DNA of 53,794 bases from Caldisericota bacterium (GCA_039793425.1 JBAMLT010000008.1:1-53794); one strand, 5' to 3'. Shown: positions 20,163-30,394, counted from the stretch's first letter. Made by a program: numbers and translations. The notes: generated by a model not told the origin, from the letters alone.

Positions 20163-21188
20163 TTGGAAAATATAAAAGAAGCTCTACTTTATGAAAAACT
20201 TGAAAAAAATAGAGTAAGGTGTAACCTCTGTTTTAAAAAATGTATTATAAAAGAGGGAGAGCATGGTTTTTGTGGAATTAGAAAAAATATCGACGGAAAA
20301 TTATATACTGAAATTTATGGTTTAGTTTCATCAATAGCAATGGATCCAATAGAAAAGAAACCACTTTTTCATTTTTATCCTGGTTCTATGGTTTTATCTT
20401 TAGGAACATGGGGTTGTAATTTAAGATGTGCACATTGTCAGAATTGGGAAATATCATATGAAAAATATTCTGAAAGGATATTAGATAATAGTAAATTTTT
20501 TTCACCTGAATCACTTATTGAACTTACAAAAAAATATAACTCAAAAGGAATTGCTTTCACCTATAATGAACCAACTATCTGGTTTGAATATACTCTTGAT
20601 GTTTTTAAAATCGCTAAAAATGTTGGTTTATATACTGTTTATGTTACGAATGGAACCATAACCTCAGAAGGACTTCATATGCTTTCGCCTTATCTTGATG
20701 CATATAGGGTGGATATTAAGGCATTCTATGAAAATAGTTTTAAAAAAATAACAGGAGTTAAAAATATTAATTTCATTCTTGATAGAGCAATAGAAGCAAA
20801 AAGAATAGGAATGCATATTGAAGTTGTTACAAACGTAATTCCGACTGTAAATGATTCGAGAAAAGAGATGGAAGAACTTGCTAAATGGATTTTTGAAAAT
20901 CTTGGTCCTAAAACACCATGGCATGTAACAAGATTCTATCCATATCAAAAATTTTCATACATTGAACCAACTCCAATAAAAACTCTCGAAATTATTAAAG
21001 AAATTGGAGAAAATGCGGGTTTAAAATTTATTTATATCGGTAATGTCTTTGGACATCCTTATGAAAATACCTATTGTCCGAATTGTAAAAGTTTAGTGAT
21101 AAAGAGGGAGGGGTATTCTATAAAAGAATACAATGTTATAAATGGAAGGTGCAAATTTTGTGGAGAAGAGTTAAATATAAAAGAATAA
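20163..21188 (+). CDS. amrS: AmmeMemoRadiSam system radical SAM enzyme
   Basis: DPIEKKPLFHF, GCNLRCAHCQNWEIS, FTYNEPTIW, VTNG, PWHVTRFYP, YIGNV, TYCPNC. Confidence 0.9.
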   Translation: MENIKEALLYEKLEKNRVRCNLCFKKCIIKEGEHGFCGIRKNIDGKLYTEIYGLVSSIAMDPIEKKPLFHFYPGSMVLSLGTWGCNLRCAHCQNWEISYEKYSERILDNSKFFSPESLIELTKKYNSKGIAFTYNEPTIWFEYTLDVFKIAKNVGLYTVYVTNGTITSEGLHMLSPYLDAYRVDIKAFYENSFKKITGVKNINFILDRAIEAKRIGMHIEVVTNVIPTVNDSRKEMEELAKWIFENLGPKTPWHVTRFYPYQKFSYIEPTPIKTLEIIKEIGENAGLKFIYIGNVFGHPYENTYCPNCKSLVIKREGYSIKEYNVINGRCKFCGEELNIKE

Positions 21189-22114
21189 TTATTGTTTTAC
21201 TTCTTTTAATAATAATTTTATTTGTTTCCTGTAAAAGTGGTTTATATACAACTAAAGGTTTATATATGGGAACTTTTCTTATTGTTTCAATTGATGATGC
21301 GCATAAAAAAGTTATAAATGATATTAATGAAGAAATTATTAGAATAGAAGAAAAATTTTCAAGATACAAAGAAGAATCACTTGTTTATAAATTAAACCAC
21401 AATAAAGGATCATGGATTGATGTTGATGATGAATTTTTATATGTCTTAAAAACTTCATTGTATCTATATGATATTTCAAATGGTGCTTTTAATCCTTTAA
21501 TTGGAGATGTAGTTAATGAATGGGGGTTTTATGATGGAAATTATAAAATACCAGATGACTATATCCTAAAAGATTTGATTAAAAAAATTGGCAAAGAAAA
21601 TATAAAGATTGACGAGGAAAATAAAAAAATTATGCTAAATAATGGTTCTCTTGATTTTGGAGGTATAGTTAAAGGATATGCTCTTGATAAAATAAGGGAA
21701 ATTTTAATAAATAATAGCGTTAAAGAAGCAATTATTAATTTGGGTGGCAATGTTCTTACTTGGGGTGATAGAGTTTTTAAAATTGGAGTTAAAAACCCAA
21801 GAGAAGAAGGAATAATTTACGTTTTTGAAATAGAAGGTAATAATACCATTGCAACATCGGGAGATTATGAAAATTTTTTTATAGAAAATGGTTTAAGATA
21901 TCATCATATAATAAATCCAGAAAATGGATATCCAGCCAAAAGTGGAATTATTGAAGTAAGTATTTTAAGTAAATCTGGAATTATTGGAGATGGATTATCA
22001 ACAACTTTATTTATCTTAGGAAAAGAGGAGGGTAAAAATTTAATTAAAAAATATTTTCAAGATGTGAATGTTTTATTTGTTGATGAACAATTAAATACGG
22101 AATCAATAAAATGA
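21149..22114 (+). CDS. apbE: FAD:protein FMN transferase (ApbE/FmnB), lipoprotein
   Basis: Lipobox FVSC; MGT, GAFNP, LDFGGIVKGYALD, NLGGN, ATSGDYE, YHHIINP, DGLST. Start uncertain (21149 or 21158). Confidence 0.92.
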   Translation: MQILWRRVKYKRIIIVLLLLIIILFVSCKSGLYTTKGLYMGTFLIVSIDDAHKKVINDINEEIIRIEEKFSRYKEESLVYKLNHNKGSWIDVDDEFLYVLKTSLYLYDISNGAFNPLIGDVVNEWGFYDGNYKIPDDYILKDLIKKIGKENIKIDEENKKIMLNNGSLDFGGIVKGYALDKIREILINNSVKEAIINLGGNVLTWGDRVFKIGVKNPREEGIIYVFEIEGNNTIATSGDYENFFIENGLRYHHIINPENGYPAKSGIIEVSILSKSGIIGDGLSTTLFILGKEEGKNLIKKYFQDVNVLFVDEQLNTESIK

Positions 22115-22461
22115 AAAAGTATGACAAAATTTTACTTTTATCGCTAATTCCTTTTTTAATTTTCACAATTTTTTATTTCAATATTAACAGTAATAAAAAA
22201 TATCTTGTAGTTATAAATAGAGACGGAGAAAAAAATTATTCATTATTTGAAAATAAAATAATTGAAGTAAAAGGAGATTTAGGAATTTTAAAGATTGAAA
22301 TAAATAGTGGCAGAGCAAGAATAATAGAATCTAATTGTAAAGAAAAACTTTGTATAAAAAGAGGATGGATATCAATAATTGGAGAGTATTCTGCCTGTCT
22401 CCCAAATAAAGTTTTTATTATAATAAAGGGGAGGAGTGAACTTGATGGAATATCAGAATAA
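22111..22461 (+). CDS. NusG domain II-containing (DUF1312) protein
   Basis: N-terminal TM, IIESNCKEKLCIKRGWIS, CLPNKVFI. Confidence 0.88.
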   Translation: MKKYDKILLLSLIPFLIFTIFYFNINSNKKYLVVINRDGEKNYSLFENKIIEVKGDLGILKIEINSGRARIIESNCKEKLCIKRGWISIIGEYSACLPNKVFIIIKGRSELDGISE

Positions 22462-22981
22462 AATTAGAAATTTAATAATATTATCTGTTCTTCTTGCTTC
22501 TGGTGTTGCATTAAATTTAATAGAACCTCCTTTTTTATATTTTATTGCTCCTGGAGTAAAAATTGGTATTGCTAATATTGCAACTCTTTTTTCTCTTTAT
22601 TATTTTGGTCCTTTATACTCATTACTCTTAGGTTTTCTAAGACCTATAGTTGTTTCTTTGATTAAAGGGAATTTACTGACTCTTGAATTTATTCTATCAT
22701 TTTCAGGTTCTATCATTTCAACTATTTTTATGATAATTTTTTATAAAATAGGAAAGAAAACAATATCTATAATTGGAGTAAGTATTATTGGCGGAATTAT
22801 TCATAATTTTACACAATTCATGGTTGTCTATATAATAACAAATAATCTATACCTATTTTTCTATTTGCCTGTATTAATTGTTTTTGGGGGATTATCTGGT
22901 TTTGTGATTGGATTAATTTGTAATTTACTATTAAAAAGAATAAAAGAGTATGAAAATGAGAGACGTAAATCTCCCTGGTAA
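22436..22981 (+). CDS. Gx transporter family (heptaprenyl diphosphate synthase component I-like) membrane protein
   Basis: LNLIE..., PGVKIGIANI, SIIGVSIIGGIIHNFTQ; true start may be 22442 or 22445. Confidence 0.88.
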   Translation: MNLMEYQNKIRNLIILSVLLASGVALNLIEPPFLYFIAPGVKIGIANIATLFSLYYFGPLYSLLLGFLRPIVVSLIKGNLLTLEFILSFSGSIISTIFMIIFYKIGKKTISIIGVSIIGGIIHNFTQFMVVYIITNNLYLFFYLPVLIVFGGLSGFVIGLICNLLLKRIKEYENERRKSPW

Positions 22982-23537
22982 AATAACTCTTTGTTCTAAT
23001 TCAAAGAGAAGATATGAAATTTTAGGTAAATTTTTTAAGATAGATAAGATAATACCTGAAATTCAAGAGTTAAATTTATCTAACTACGAAAAATTAGTAA
23101 TTGAAAATTCTAAAAGAAAGGCGCTTTATGCTATTGATAGAAAAAAATTATATCCAATAGTTTCGGGTGATACAATTGTTGTTTTTGATAACAAAATTTT
23201 TGGTAAACCAAAAGATAGGGATGATGCTTTTAATATGTTAAAAACATTATCAAACAACTGGCACTTAGTTTATTCTGGTTTTTATTTTATACTTCAAAAT
23301 AAAAAAGGTTATGAAGGTGTATCAATTGCGAAGGTTAAATTTAAAGATTTGAATAATGAGATGATAGAAAATTATATTAAAACAGGTGAACCACTCGATA
23401 AAGCAGGTTCTTATGCTATTCAAGGATATGGAAGGTACTTAATAGAGACATTTGAAGGTTGTTTTTATACAATTGTCGGATTTCCTGTGGTAAAATTTAT
23501 TAAGAAATTAAAGGAGGCCATAATTGAGAATTCCTAA
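22950..23537 (+). CDS. maf: Maf-family nucleoside triphosphate pyrophosphatase
   Basis: LCSNSKRR, SGDTIVV, GKPKD, GEPLDKAGSYAIQG, IVGFP. Confidence 0.9.
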   Translation: MKMRDVNLPGKITLCSNSKRRYEILGKFFKIDKIIPEIQELNLSNYEKLVIENSKRKALYAIDRKKLYPIVSGDTIVVFDNKIFGKPKDRDDAFNMLKTLSNNWHLVYSGFYFILQNKKGYEGVSIAKVKFKDLNNEMIENYIKTGEPLDKAGSYAIQGYGRYLIETFEGCFYTIVGFPVVKFIKKLKEAIIENS

Positions 23538-24162
23538 AAATGCAGTTAATTTTAAGGGAACTAAAGATGGAATTGTTGCTCTAATCGACCTTTCATATTC
23601 TTTTAATACAGTGATAAAAGCAATAGAAAAGAAAATATCAGAAAGAGAGGATTTTTTTAAAGGAGGAAAAATAAAATTTCTACCAACAATTGGATCTTTA
23701 ACAGAAAATGAAAAAAATGAAATTGAAAATCTTTTACAAAATAAATTTAATATTGAAAGTGAATTTATAATGAAAGATGATTTTGAAAAGAGAAAAATTC
23801 ATGAAGAAAAGAGAGTAAGTGATAAGGAGTTCTTAATTGTTAGAAGAATATTAAGATCTGGGCAGTCGCTGGAATTTCATGGAAATATTATTTTGATAGG
23901 AGATGTTAATGAAGGAGCAGAAATTAAAGTAGGTGGTAGTTTGTTTGTTTTTGGAGTTTTAAGAGGAAATGTTATAGCGGGTATAGAAACAGGAAAAGAC
24001 GCAATTGTTGTTGCAACAAATTTAAAACCGGAAAGACTTCAAATTGCTAACTATATTTCAAATGATGATACATCAAAAAGAAGAAGAGAAACTGTATCCA
24101 TTGCTCTTGTTGAAGAAGATAAAATTGTTATATATCCGTACAAAAGTATTTTTAAAATATGA
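23524..24162 (+). CDS. minC: Septum site-determining protein MinC
   Basis: FKGTKDG, LRSGQSL, GDVNEGAEI, GVLRGNVIAG; AAGGAGG SD before TTG. Confidence 0.9.
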   Translation: MRIPKNAVNFKGTKDGIVALIDLSYSFNTVIKAIEKKISEREDFFKGGKIKFLPTIGSLTENEKNEIENLLQNKFNIESEFIMKDDFEKRKIHEEKRVSDKEFLIVRRILRSGQSLEFHGNIILIGDVNEGAEIKVGGSLFVFGVLRGNVIAGIETGKDAIVVATNLKPERLQIANYISNDDTSKRRRETVSIALVEEDKIVIYPYKSIFKI

Positions 24163-25070
24163 AAAAGATTTTGATAATTATTTTTATTTTTTCAATAATT
24201 TTATTGAATTCCTGTTTAACCAATAAAGGAAAATTATCAATAGATTCTTATCCACAAAATTCTGAAGTTTATCTAAATGGAGAGTATATTGGAACAACGC
24301 CTTTAGAACAATCATTAAAAATTGGAAAATATATTTTAGAAGTTAAAAAGGCAGGATATAAAGATTATAAAAAAGACATAACAATTGAAAGAGGTAAAGA
24401 AACTATAGTAATAGCAAATCTTGAAATAAGCACAGGTACTCTTATTGTCAAAACACAACCAGATGGTGCAACTGTTTTTGTTGACGGAAAAAATTATGGC
24501 TTAACCCCAATAGAAATAGGAGATCTTGAAATTGGAGAACATGAAATAGTAATAAGTAAAGATGGCTATGCCCAAATAATTAAAAAAATTGATATAGGAG
24601 AAGAACCTTATACTTTGGAAGAGATTCTTACAAAAGCAATAAGCGAGGTATTTATAAATACAAATCCAAAAGGAGCAAAGGTCATTATAAGTGGAAAAGA
24701 AATGGGGGTTACACCTTTAAAATTGAAAGATATAAATCCAGGAAGATATTTTGTAACTTTTAAGGCTATAGGATATGAAGATATGACAAAATCTATAGAA
24801 GTGAAAGAAGGATTAAACACTTTTAATTTTAATATGGTTCAACTTAACCATGCATTAATTGTAGATTCTGAACCAAAGAATGCAAAGGTATATATAGATA
24901 ATGTTTTTAAAGGAACAACTCCTCTTGAAATTAGAAATTTGACTCCTGAAAAAAAATATAAATTAAGAGTTGAATATGAAGGTTATCTACCATACCTTAC
25001 TGAAGTAAGTTTGCCAAAAGATGGCTCTATCTTCCTTCCACTCATCAAACTTATAAAAATTAGTGGATAG
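24159..25070 (+). CDS. PEGA-domain lipoprotein (four repeats)
   Basis: Lipobox LNSC; four repeats of S/TxPxGAxVYxxGxxxGxTP. Confidence 0.9.
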   Translation: MKKILIIIFIFSIILLNSCLTNKGKLSIDSYPQNSEVYLNGEYIGTTPLEQSLKIGKYILEVKKAGYKDYKKDITIERGKETIVIANLEISTGTLIVKTQPDGATVFVDGKNYGLTPIEIGDLEIGEHEIVISKDGYAQIIKKIDIGEEPYTLEEILTKAISEVFINTNPKGAKVIISGKEMGVTPLKLKDINPGRYFVTFKAIGYEDMTKSIEVKEGLNTFNFNMVQLNHALIVDSEPKNAKVYIDNVFKGTTPLEIRNLTPEKKYKLRVEYEGYLPYLTEVSLPKDGSIFLPLIKLIKISG

Positions 25071-25691
25071 ATGGAAATAGATAAAGTAATTGTAAGTCCT
25101 TTTAGAACAAATTGCTATTTTATATATGAGAAAAATTATGGAGCAATAATTGATCCTGGTGGAAATTGTGACATAATAATAAAAAAAATTAAAGAACTAA
25201 ATTTTATAAATTTTGTATATATAATCAACACACATGGACATTCAGATCACACATTCTGTAATAAGATTTTAAAGGATTTATTTAACTTCAAGATACTTAT
25301 TCATGAAAAAGATGCTTTTTTTCTAAATTCTAATAGTGTTAATAAAATTTATAATAAAAATTTTATAGAAGTTACACCAGATATTCTTCTTAAAGATAAT
25401 GATTTTATAGATTTATTTTCAATAAAATTAAAAGTTATTCATACTGAAGGTCATACTCCTGGAAGTATCATGCTTAAAACTAATAACATAATTTTTTCTG
25501 GAGATACAATTTTTAAAAATTCGATAGGAAGAACAGATTTTGAATATGGAAATAGTAAAAAAATGAAAGAATCGATAATAAAAATATTAGATTATTTTCA
25601 AGATGATTATAAAATCTATCCAGGCCATGGTGAATCCACAACTTTAAATAATGAAAGGGAGAACTTACTCTATTTTCTTGATTTACTATAA
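25071..25691 (+). CDS. MBL-fold hydrolase, glyoxalase II-like
   Basis: IIDPGG, THGHSDH, GHTPGS, FSGDTIF, IGRTD, PGHG. Confidence 0.88.
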   Translation: MEIDKVIVSPFRTNCYFIYEKNYGAIIDPGGNCDIIIKKIKELNFINFVYIINTHGHSDHTFCNKILKDLFNFKILIHEKDAFFLNSNSVNKIYNKNFIEVTPDILLKDNDFIDLFSIKLKVIHTEGHTPGSIMLKTNNIIFSGDTIFKNSIGRTDFEYGNSKKMKESIIKILDYFQDDYKIYPGHGESTTLNNERENLLYFLDLL

Positions 25692-25712
25692 AAACTATTA
25701 TAATCTTAATTT

Positions 25713-26369
25713 ATGAATGAATATCTGGATATTACTCTTAGATTATTAATATCTATTATATTGGGGGCATTGATAGGTATCGAAAGAGAAAGAAGAAATA
25801 GACCTGCAGGACTTAGAACGCATGTTCTTGTTTCACTTGGTTCTGCTCTTTTTACAATAACTTCTATTCAATTTTCAAAAATGTATGGAGGGGTTGACCC
25901 ATCTCGTGTTGCAGCAAATATTGTAACAGGAATTGGATTTCTTGGTGCTGGCACAATAATGAGAGAGGGCTTAACTGTAAGAGGCCTTACAACTGCTGCA
26001 ACTATATGGGTTTCCTCTGCAATTGGTTTATCATGTGGAATGGGTTATTATATTCCAGCGATCATTACTTCAATTTCAACATTTTTAATTTTAATTTTAT
26101 TAAGAAATTTAGAATATATAAAATTTGGAAAATTTGAAGGAAATAAAAAAATTTTTAATGTTAAAGTTACTGATAAACCTGGGCAACTTGGAAAAATTGG
26201 AACAATTTTTGGAAAGTATGGAATTCATATAAGAAATGTTAAATTTGAAAGAGAAGAGAATTTTTTAAGTATAGAATTTATACTTAATGTTCCTGAAAAT
26301 ATAGAAATTAAAGATGTTTGTAATGAATTATCAAAAGAAGAATTTGTAATAGAAGTGTCAACTGAATGA
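25713..26369 (+). CDS. MgtC/SapB family protein with C-terminal ACT domain
   Basis: IGIERE, AGLRTH, DPSRVAANIVTGIGFLGAG, GLTTAATIW; DKPGQLGKI. Confidence 0.9.
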   Translation: MNEYLDITLRLLISIILGALIGIERERRNRPAGLRTHVLVSLGSALFTITSIQFSKMYGGVDPSRVAANIVTGIGFLGAGTIMREGLTVRGLTTAATIWVSSAIGLSCGMGYYIPAIITSISTFLILILLRNLEYIKFGKFEGNKKIFNVKVTDKPGQLGKIGTIFGKYGIHIRNVKFEREENFLSIEFILNVPENIEIKDVCNELSKEEFVIEVSTE

Positions 26370-27439
26370 TAAGAAATTATTTAGACCTACCTCTTCATGG
26401 CGGAAAAGCACCAAAATGGCTTTTTGATAGAATGGTTAAACTTGCAAGAGAAATCTCTCTTGCAATTATTTATTTGTATGGAGTAGAAGAATTTTTAAAT
26501 AGAATTTCAGATCCATTCTGGTTTCAAGCATTTGGATGTGTTCTTGGTTTTGATTGGCACTCATCTGGTCTAACAACAACTGTAACTGGTGCTATAAAAG
26601 AAGGTTTAAAATATGAAGAGAAAAATGTTGGAATATTTTTTGCAGGCGGAAAAGGAAAAAGGGCTATAAACACACCAAATGATATTGAAAACTGGGTTCA
26701 AGATGGATTAATTGATTTCTCATTGGGTGAGAATTTAAAAAAATATTCTCGACTTGTAGCAAAAGTTGATACAGTTGGTCTTCAAGATAGTTTCTCAATT
26801 TATCACCATTTTTTCATTTATTCAAAATTAGGCTTTTGGGCAATTGTTGAACAGGGAATGAATGAAAAGCAAAAACTTGCAAGAAGGTATCACTGGTTTT
26901 CAAAAGAGATTAAAAGTTTTGTATCTGACCCTCACAAAGGAATTGCATCAGAAGTTATAACCAATCCACTTAATTTAGTTGATTCAAAAATTGAAAAAAC
27001 AAGAAAAGATATAGTTTTGTTATCAAATGAGATAAAACAAGATGAAATGGTTAAAATTTTGGATAAAAGAGTTCTAAAATTAGGTTTTCACCATCCAATT
27101 TTTTATGAAGATTATGATGAAAAAAGGTTAATGAATTTAATGAGTAAAATAAAAGATTATAAACCAAAAAATTTTGAAGAATTAATCTTAATTCAAGGGC
27201 TTGGTGAAAAATCTATGAGAGCGCTTGCTTTATTGTCTCACCTTGTTTTTGGCTCAGAACTTTCATTTAAAGATCCTGTAACATTTTCTTTTGCTCATGG
27301 TGGAAAGGATGGATACCCTTATCCAGTTGATAAGAAAACCTATGACACTTCAATTGAAATATTAAAATCTACAGTTGAAAAAGCAAAATTAGGTGATTTT
27401 GAGAAATTAAAAATATTAAAAACTCTATCAAAATTTTAA
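26366..27439 (+). CDS. DUF763 family protein
   Basis: DLPLHGGKAPKWL, DPFWFQAFGCVLGFDWHSSG, AHGGKDGYPYPVD. Confidence 0.9.
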   Translation: MIRNYLDLPLHGGKAPKWLFDRMVKLAREISLAIIYLYGVEEFLNRISDPFWFQAFGCVLGFDWHSSGLTTTVTGAIKEGLKYEEKNVGIFFAGGKGKRAINTPNDIENWVQDGLIDFSLGENLKKYSRLVAKVDTVGLQDSFSIYHHFFIYSKLGFWAIVEQGMNEKQKLARRYHWFSKEIKSFVSDPHKGIASEVITNPLNLVDSKIEKTRKDIVLLSNEIKQDEMVKILDKRVLKLGFHHPIFYEDYDEKRLMNLMSKIKDYKPKNFEELILIQGLGEKSMRALALLSHLVFGSELSFKDPVTFSFAHGGKDGYPYPVDKKTYDTSIEILKSTVEKAKLGDFEKLKILKTLSKF

Positions 27440-27449
27440 ATTATAAAAA

Positions 27450-27572
27450 TTATTTATTTTTTATTTCTAATTCATTTAAAATATTCTTAATCTGATTTTT
27501 AAGATTTGGTAATTCTTTATTTATTGTTTCCCAAATAAGATTAAATTTTAAATAAAATTTTGGATCTCTCAT
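27450..27572 (-). pseudogene. HepT/DUF86 (HEPN) toxin remnant with large in-frame internal deletion
   Basis: MRDPKFYLK joined directly to FNLIWETINKELPNLKNQIKNIL (40 aa); ATG overlaps the MNT stop. Confidence 0.7.
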
Positions 27573-27866
27573 AAATATATAGCTTCTTTTAGAAAAATAT
27601 CTTTTATTTCTTCTCTTATTGCATCAACTGGTAAATAACAATTTTTATTGAAAAAATTTCCTTAAGATAATTTGCAATGGCAATTAAATTAAGCAAGGTA
27701 GCACCTTTTTCAAATTTTACAAGAATATCAAGATCGCTCTCTCTTTTTTTTCTACACCTTAAACATATGAACCAAAAATTCCAATAATTTCTGCTTTATA
27801 CTCTTTTTTTATCTTTTCTTTAAGAGTTTCAAATTTCTGTTAAATACTTTCTAATTTTTCATTCAT
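27569..27866 (-). pseudogene. Minimal nucleotidyltransferase (MNT) antitoxin, pseudogene
   Basis: Hand translation: IGIFGSYV*G..KKE/SDLDILVKF...IREEIKDIFLKEAIYL, with two in-frame stops and two frameshifts; GGAG SD. Confidence 0.85.
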
Positions 27867-27947
27867 TTTTTATCAATCTCCAAATTAAAAACTTACATAT
27901 TAATTATAATATTTATTTCAAAAATTAAAATTATTACATAAGGTAAA

Positions 27948-28460
27948 TTATCGCTTTATGTTTTCAACAAAATATTCAACAAGAAAGCCAGAAATGATTG
28001 CAAAGATAAAAATGAAAATATTTAATGTGATAATAAATTTTGCACCTAAAATTGTAATTGCAAATGGAAGCCATTGAAGTTTTATAGCCCATGCTCCAAT
28101 TGTAGTTGCAATTACATTTATTTTAGCTCCTTTATTCATTAACTCTTTTAAAAATGGATAATAAACATATGCTGGACCAACCATAACTGTTCCAAAAATT
28201 GCTCCAATTAAAACTCCTTTAATACCACTTTCTTTACCAATATATTTTCTAATTATATTTTCATTAATTAATTCAGATATCAAAACAGAAAGTAGTGCAA
28301 CTCCAACAATAACAAAAAATAAATTTTTGTAAGTATTTAATGCATATTTAAAACCAATATATGTTTTATTTTTGTTAATTATAACTAAAATTATTGCAAT
28401 CAATAAAAATATAATCTCCAAATAGTATTCACTAAAAAAAGATTTAATTTTCTCTTTCAT
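27948..28460 (-). CDS. Half-size permease, DUF318/UPF0718-like
   Basis: IRKYIGKESG, GPAYVYYPFLKELMNKGA, WAIK. Confidence 0.75.
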   Translation of the reverse strand: MKEKIKSFFSEYYLEIIFLLIAIILVIINKNKTYIGFKYALNTYKNLFFVIVGVALLSVLISELINENIIRKYIGKESGIKGVLIGAIFGTVMVGPAYVYYPFLKELMNKGAKINVIATTIGAWAIKLQWLPFAITILGAKFIITLNIFIFIFAIISGFLVEYFVENIKR

Positions 28461-28947
28461 ATCAATATTCCCATTAAAATTGAAACTAATATTATAAAAA
28501 TTAGAGTTATGACATTCCTTGATATTGCAAATTTAACTCCCAATTCTCTGAATTCAATTGTTATAGAAACAATACCTATCAAAACCCATGACAATAGAAA
28601 AGCAGAGATAAGAGAGATACTTGCTCCATTTTCAAGTAAATATTTACCAATTGGATATCCAGATGCAACAGGTCCCATCATTACAACACCAGTTAATTCT
28701 CCAAAAATTATTCCTTTAAATCCTTGAAATTTTAATAAAAAATTTCCAATCGACTCTTTTGATAGAAAACTTTGAAGCAATCCAATTATAAGAAAAACCG
28801 CAAAAAGTCTAAGTGAGTTTTTATAAATTGTTTAACCCCTTTTTTAACTGACCTTTTCAATTTTTTATTATCATTTTTAAAAAATAGAAAAATGTAAAGG
28901 AATAAGGTTAATCCTATTAAAATAAATCCTGTTATTAAGTTTTGCAT
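28457..28947 (-). pseudogene. Half-size DUF318-like permease, frameshifted at an A5 run (real or error)
   Basis: MQNLITG... from ATG 28947 (AGGAGG SD) joins ...KQFIKNSLRLFAVFLIIGLLQS if T5 at + strand 28818-28822 were T6; GPVASGYPIG motif. Confidence 0.72.
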
Positions 28948-28957
28948 TTTCTTCCTC

Positions 28958-29758
28958 CTAATAGAAAACGAAACTTTCTCCTGCTAGGCACTCAATAACC
29001 TCTCCTTTAAATTTCTCTTTGAAAATTTTTATTGCACTATCTCCAGTACAATGACAAGGTATTAACTTATTTATTTTCTTCTCATTTAGATATTTTGTTA
29101 TTAATTCTAACTTCTTTTTTGAAGAATTATATAAGTGAAAACCTCCTAAAACAATATCAATTCTCTTATTAAACTTTTCAATTGCAAAATTTACAATATT
29201 AACTATTCCTCTATGGGCACAACCAGTTATAAGAATTAATTTTCCATCATCAATCACAAGGTTTAATTCTTCATTAAAATGGTCTTTTTTATAAGATTCA
29301 TTTTCTTTTATTTCAAAATTTCTATCAATTTCTTCAAAACCACTTTTCATAGGAACTTTTCCTAAAATAAAAACTTTTGGAAAAATTTCTAAAACATCAT
29401 CTTTTACTATATTAAAATTGTATTTATCCTTTAACTCCTCTTTTTTAATTCCAGCAAAAACTTTTTTTGAATATTTTGGAATAAAAATTTCATCTTTAGT
29501 CCACAGATTAAACCTCTTTTCTTTTTCATTTAAAAATCTTAAACCACCAAAATGGTCATAATGTCCATGAGAAATTACAATATTATCAATTTTATTAATA
29601 TTTTTACCTAAAATTTCTAAATTTTTCAAAAATACATCTGTTGAACCAGTGTCAAATATAAAAGAAGTGTCATCTTTCTCAATTAATGCAGAAAATCCAT
29701 GCTCAAAGTAAAAATTATCTTTTGCTTTATCATTACAAAGAACAGTAATTTTTATCAT
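28958..29758 (-). CDS. MBL-fold metallo-hydrolase (MJ0448-like subfamily)
   Basis: EHGFS, FDTG, ISHGHYDHFGG, TGCAHRG, LGGFHL, PCHCTG. Confidence 0.85.
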   Translation of the reverse strand: MIKITVLCNDKAKDNFYFEHGFSALIEKDDTSFIFDTGSTDVFLKNLEILGKNINKIDNIVISHGHYDHFGGLRFLNEKEKRFNLWTKDEIFIPKYSKKVFAGIKKEELKDKYNFNIVKDDVLEIFPKVFILGKVPMKSGFEEIDRNFEIKENESYKKDHFNEELNLVIDDGKLILITGCAHRGIVNIVNFAIEKFNKRIDIVLGGFHLYNSSKKKLELITKYLNEKKINKLIPCHCTGDSAIKIFKEKFKGEVIECLAGESFVFY

Positions 29759-29764
29759 GAGATT

Positions 29765-30394
29765 TTATTTATCATTCTTTTTATCATTATTATTATTGTT
29801 TCCATTATCCTCTTTTTCTAAAACTTGTACTACATCTTCATCTAAAACTAACTCTTCTTTTACAAATTCTTTAAGCTTTAAGGCAATTTTCTTTTTTTCC
29901 ATCTTTTCAAGGATTATCTCACCTAAATATCCTAAAATAAAAGCAGTAGGAATAACAAGTAAAGTTCTTATTATTGTAAATTTTAATCCCAAGAAGTGAA
30001 TTTCAAGAGGTATCATTGGAATTTTTGCTGACCATGCAGTTATGAATGCAATTGCAACTCCGTAAGAAACTCCATTATCAATTAAAGTTCCAATAAGAGG
30101 AAAAATAGTAAAAAGTGAACCACCTAAAAACATTGGAACAGTTGATGCAATTAAAAATCTTTTCCAGTGAGCCTCTTTTCCAAAATATTTTGCAATTTGT
30201 TCAGGTGTAAACCAGACAGTTATTAGTCCAATGAAAACAATAACAGATAATATAATTTTAATTGTTTGAGCAAATGTATTATAAACAATCTTTCCAATTT
30301 CAATACCTTTTGAGTCTGAAATTAAAAATACAATCCCCCAAATTGCTAAACCAATTAATATATATATAATTGCCTCTTTAATAAGTTTTTTCAT
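29765..30394 (-). CDS. Half-size permease, DUF318-like
   Basis: TPEQIAKYFG, GGSLFTIFPL, AFITAWSAKIP, EIHFLG. Confidence 0.75.
   Translation of the reverse strand: MKKLIKEAIIYILIGLAIWGIVFLISDSKGIEIGKIVYNTFAQTIKIILSVIVFIGLITVWFTPEQIAKYFGKEAHWKRFLIASTVPMFLGGSLFTIFPLIGTLIDNGVSYGVAIAFITAWSAKIPMIPLEIHFLGLKFTIIRTLLVIPTAFILGYLGEIILEKMEKKKIALKLKEFVKEELVLDEDVVQVLEKEDNGNNNNNDKKNDK

Noticed and set aside
20163-21188. AmmeMemoRadiSam enzyme without its A and B partners as a novel system
   Set aside because: The partners are often encoded elsewhere; absence from one window is uninformative.
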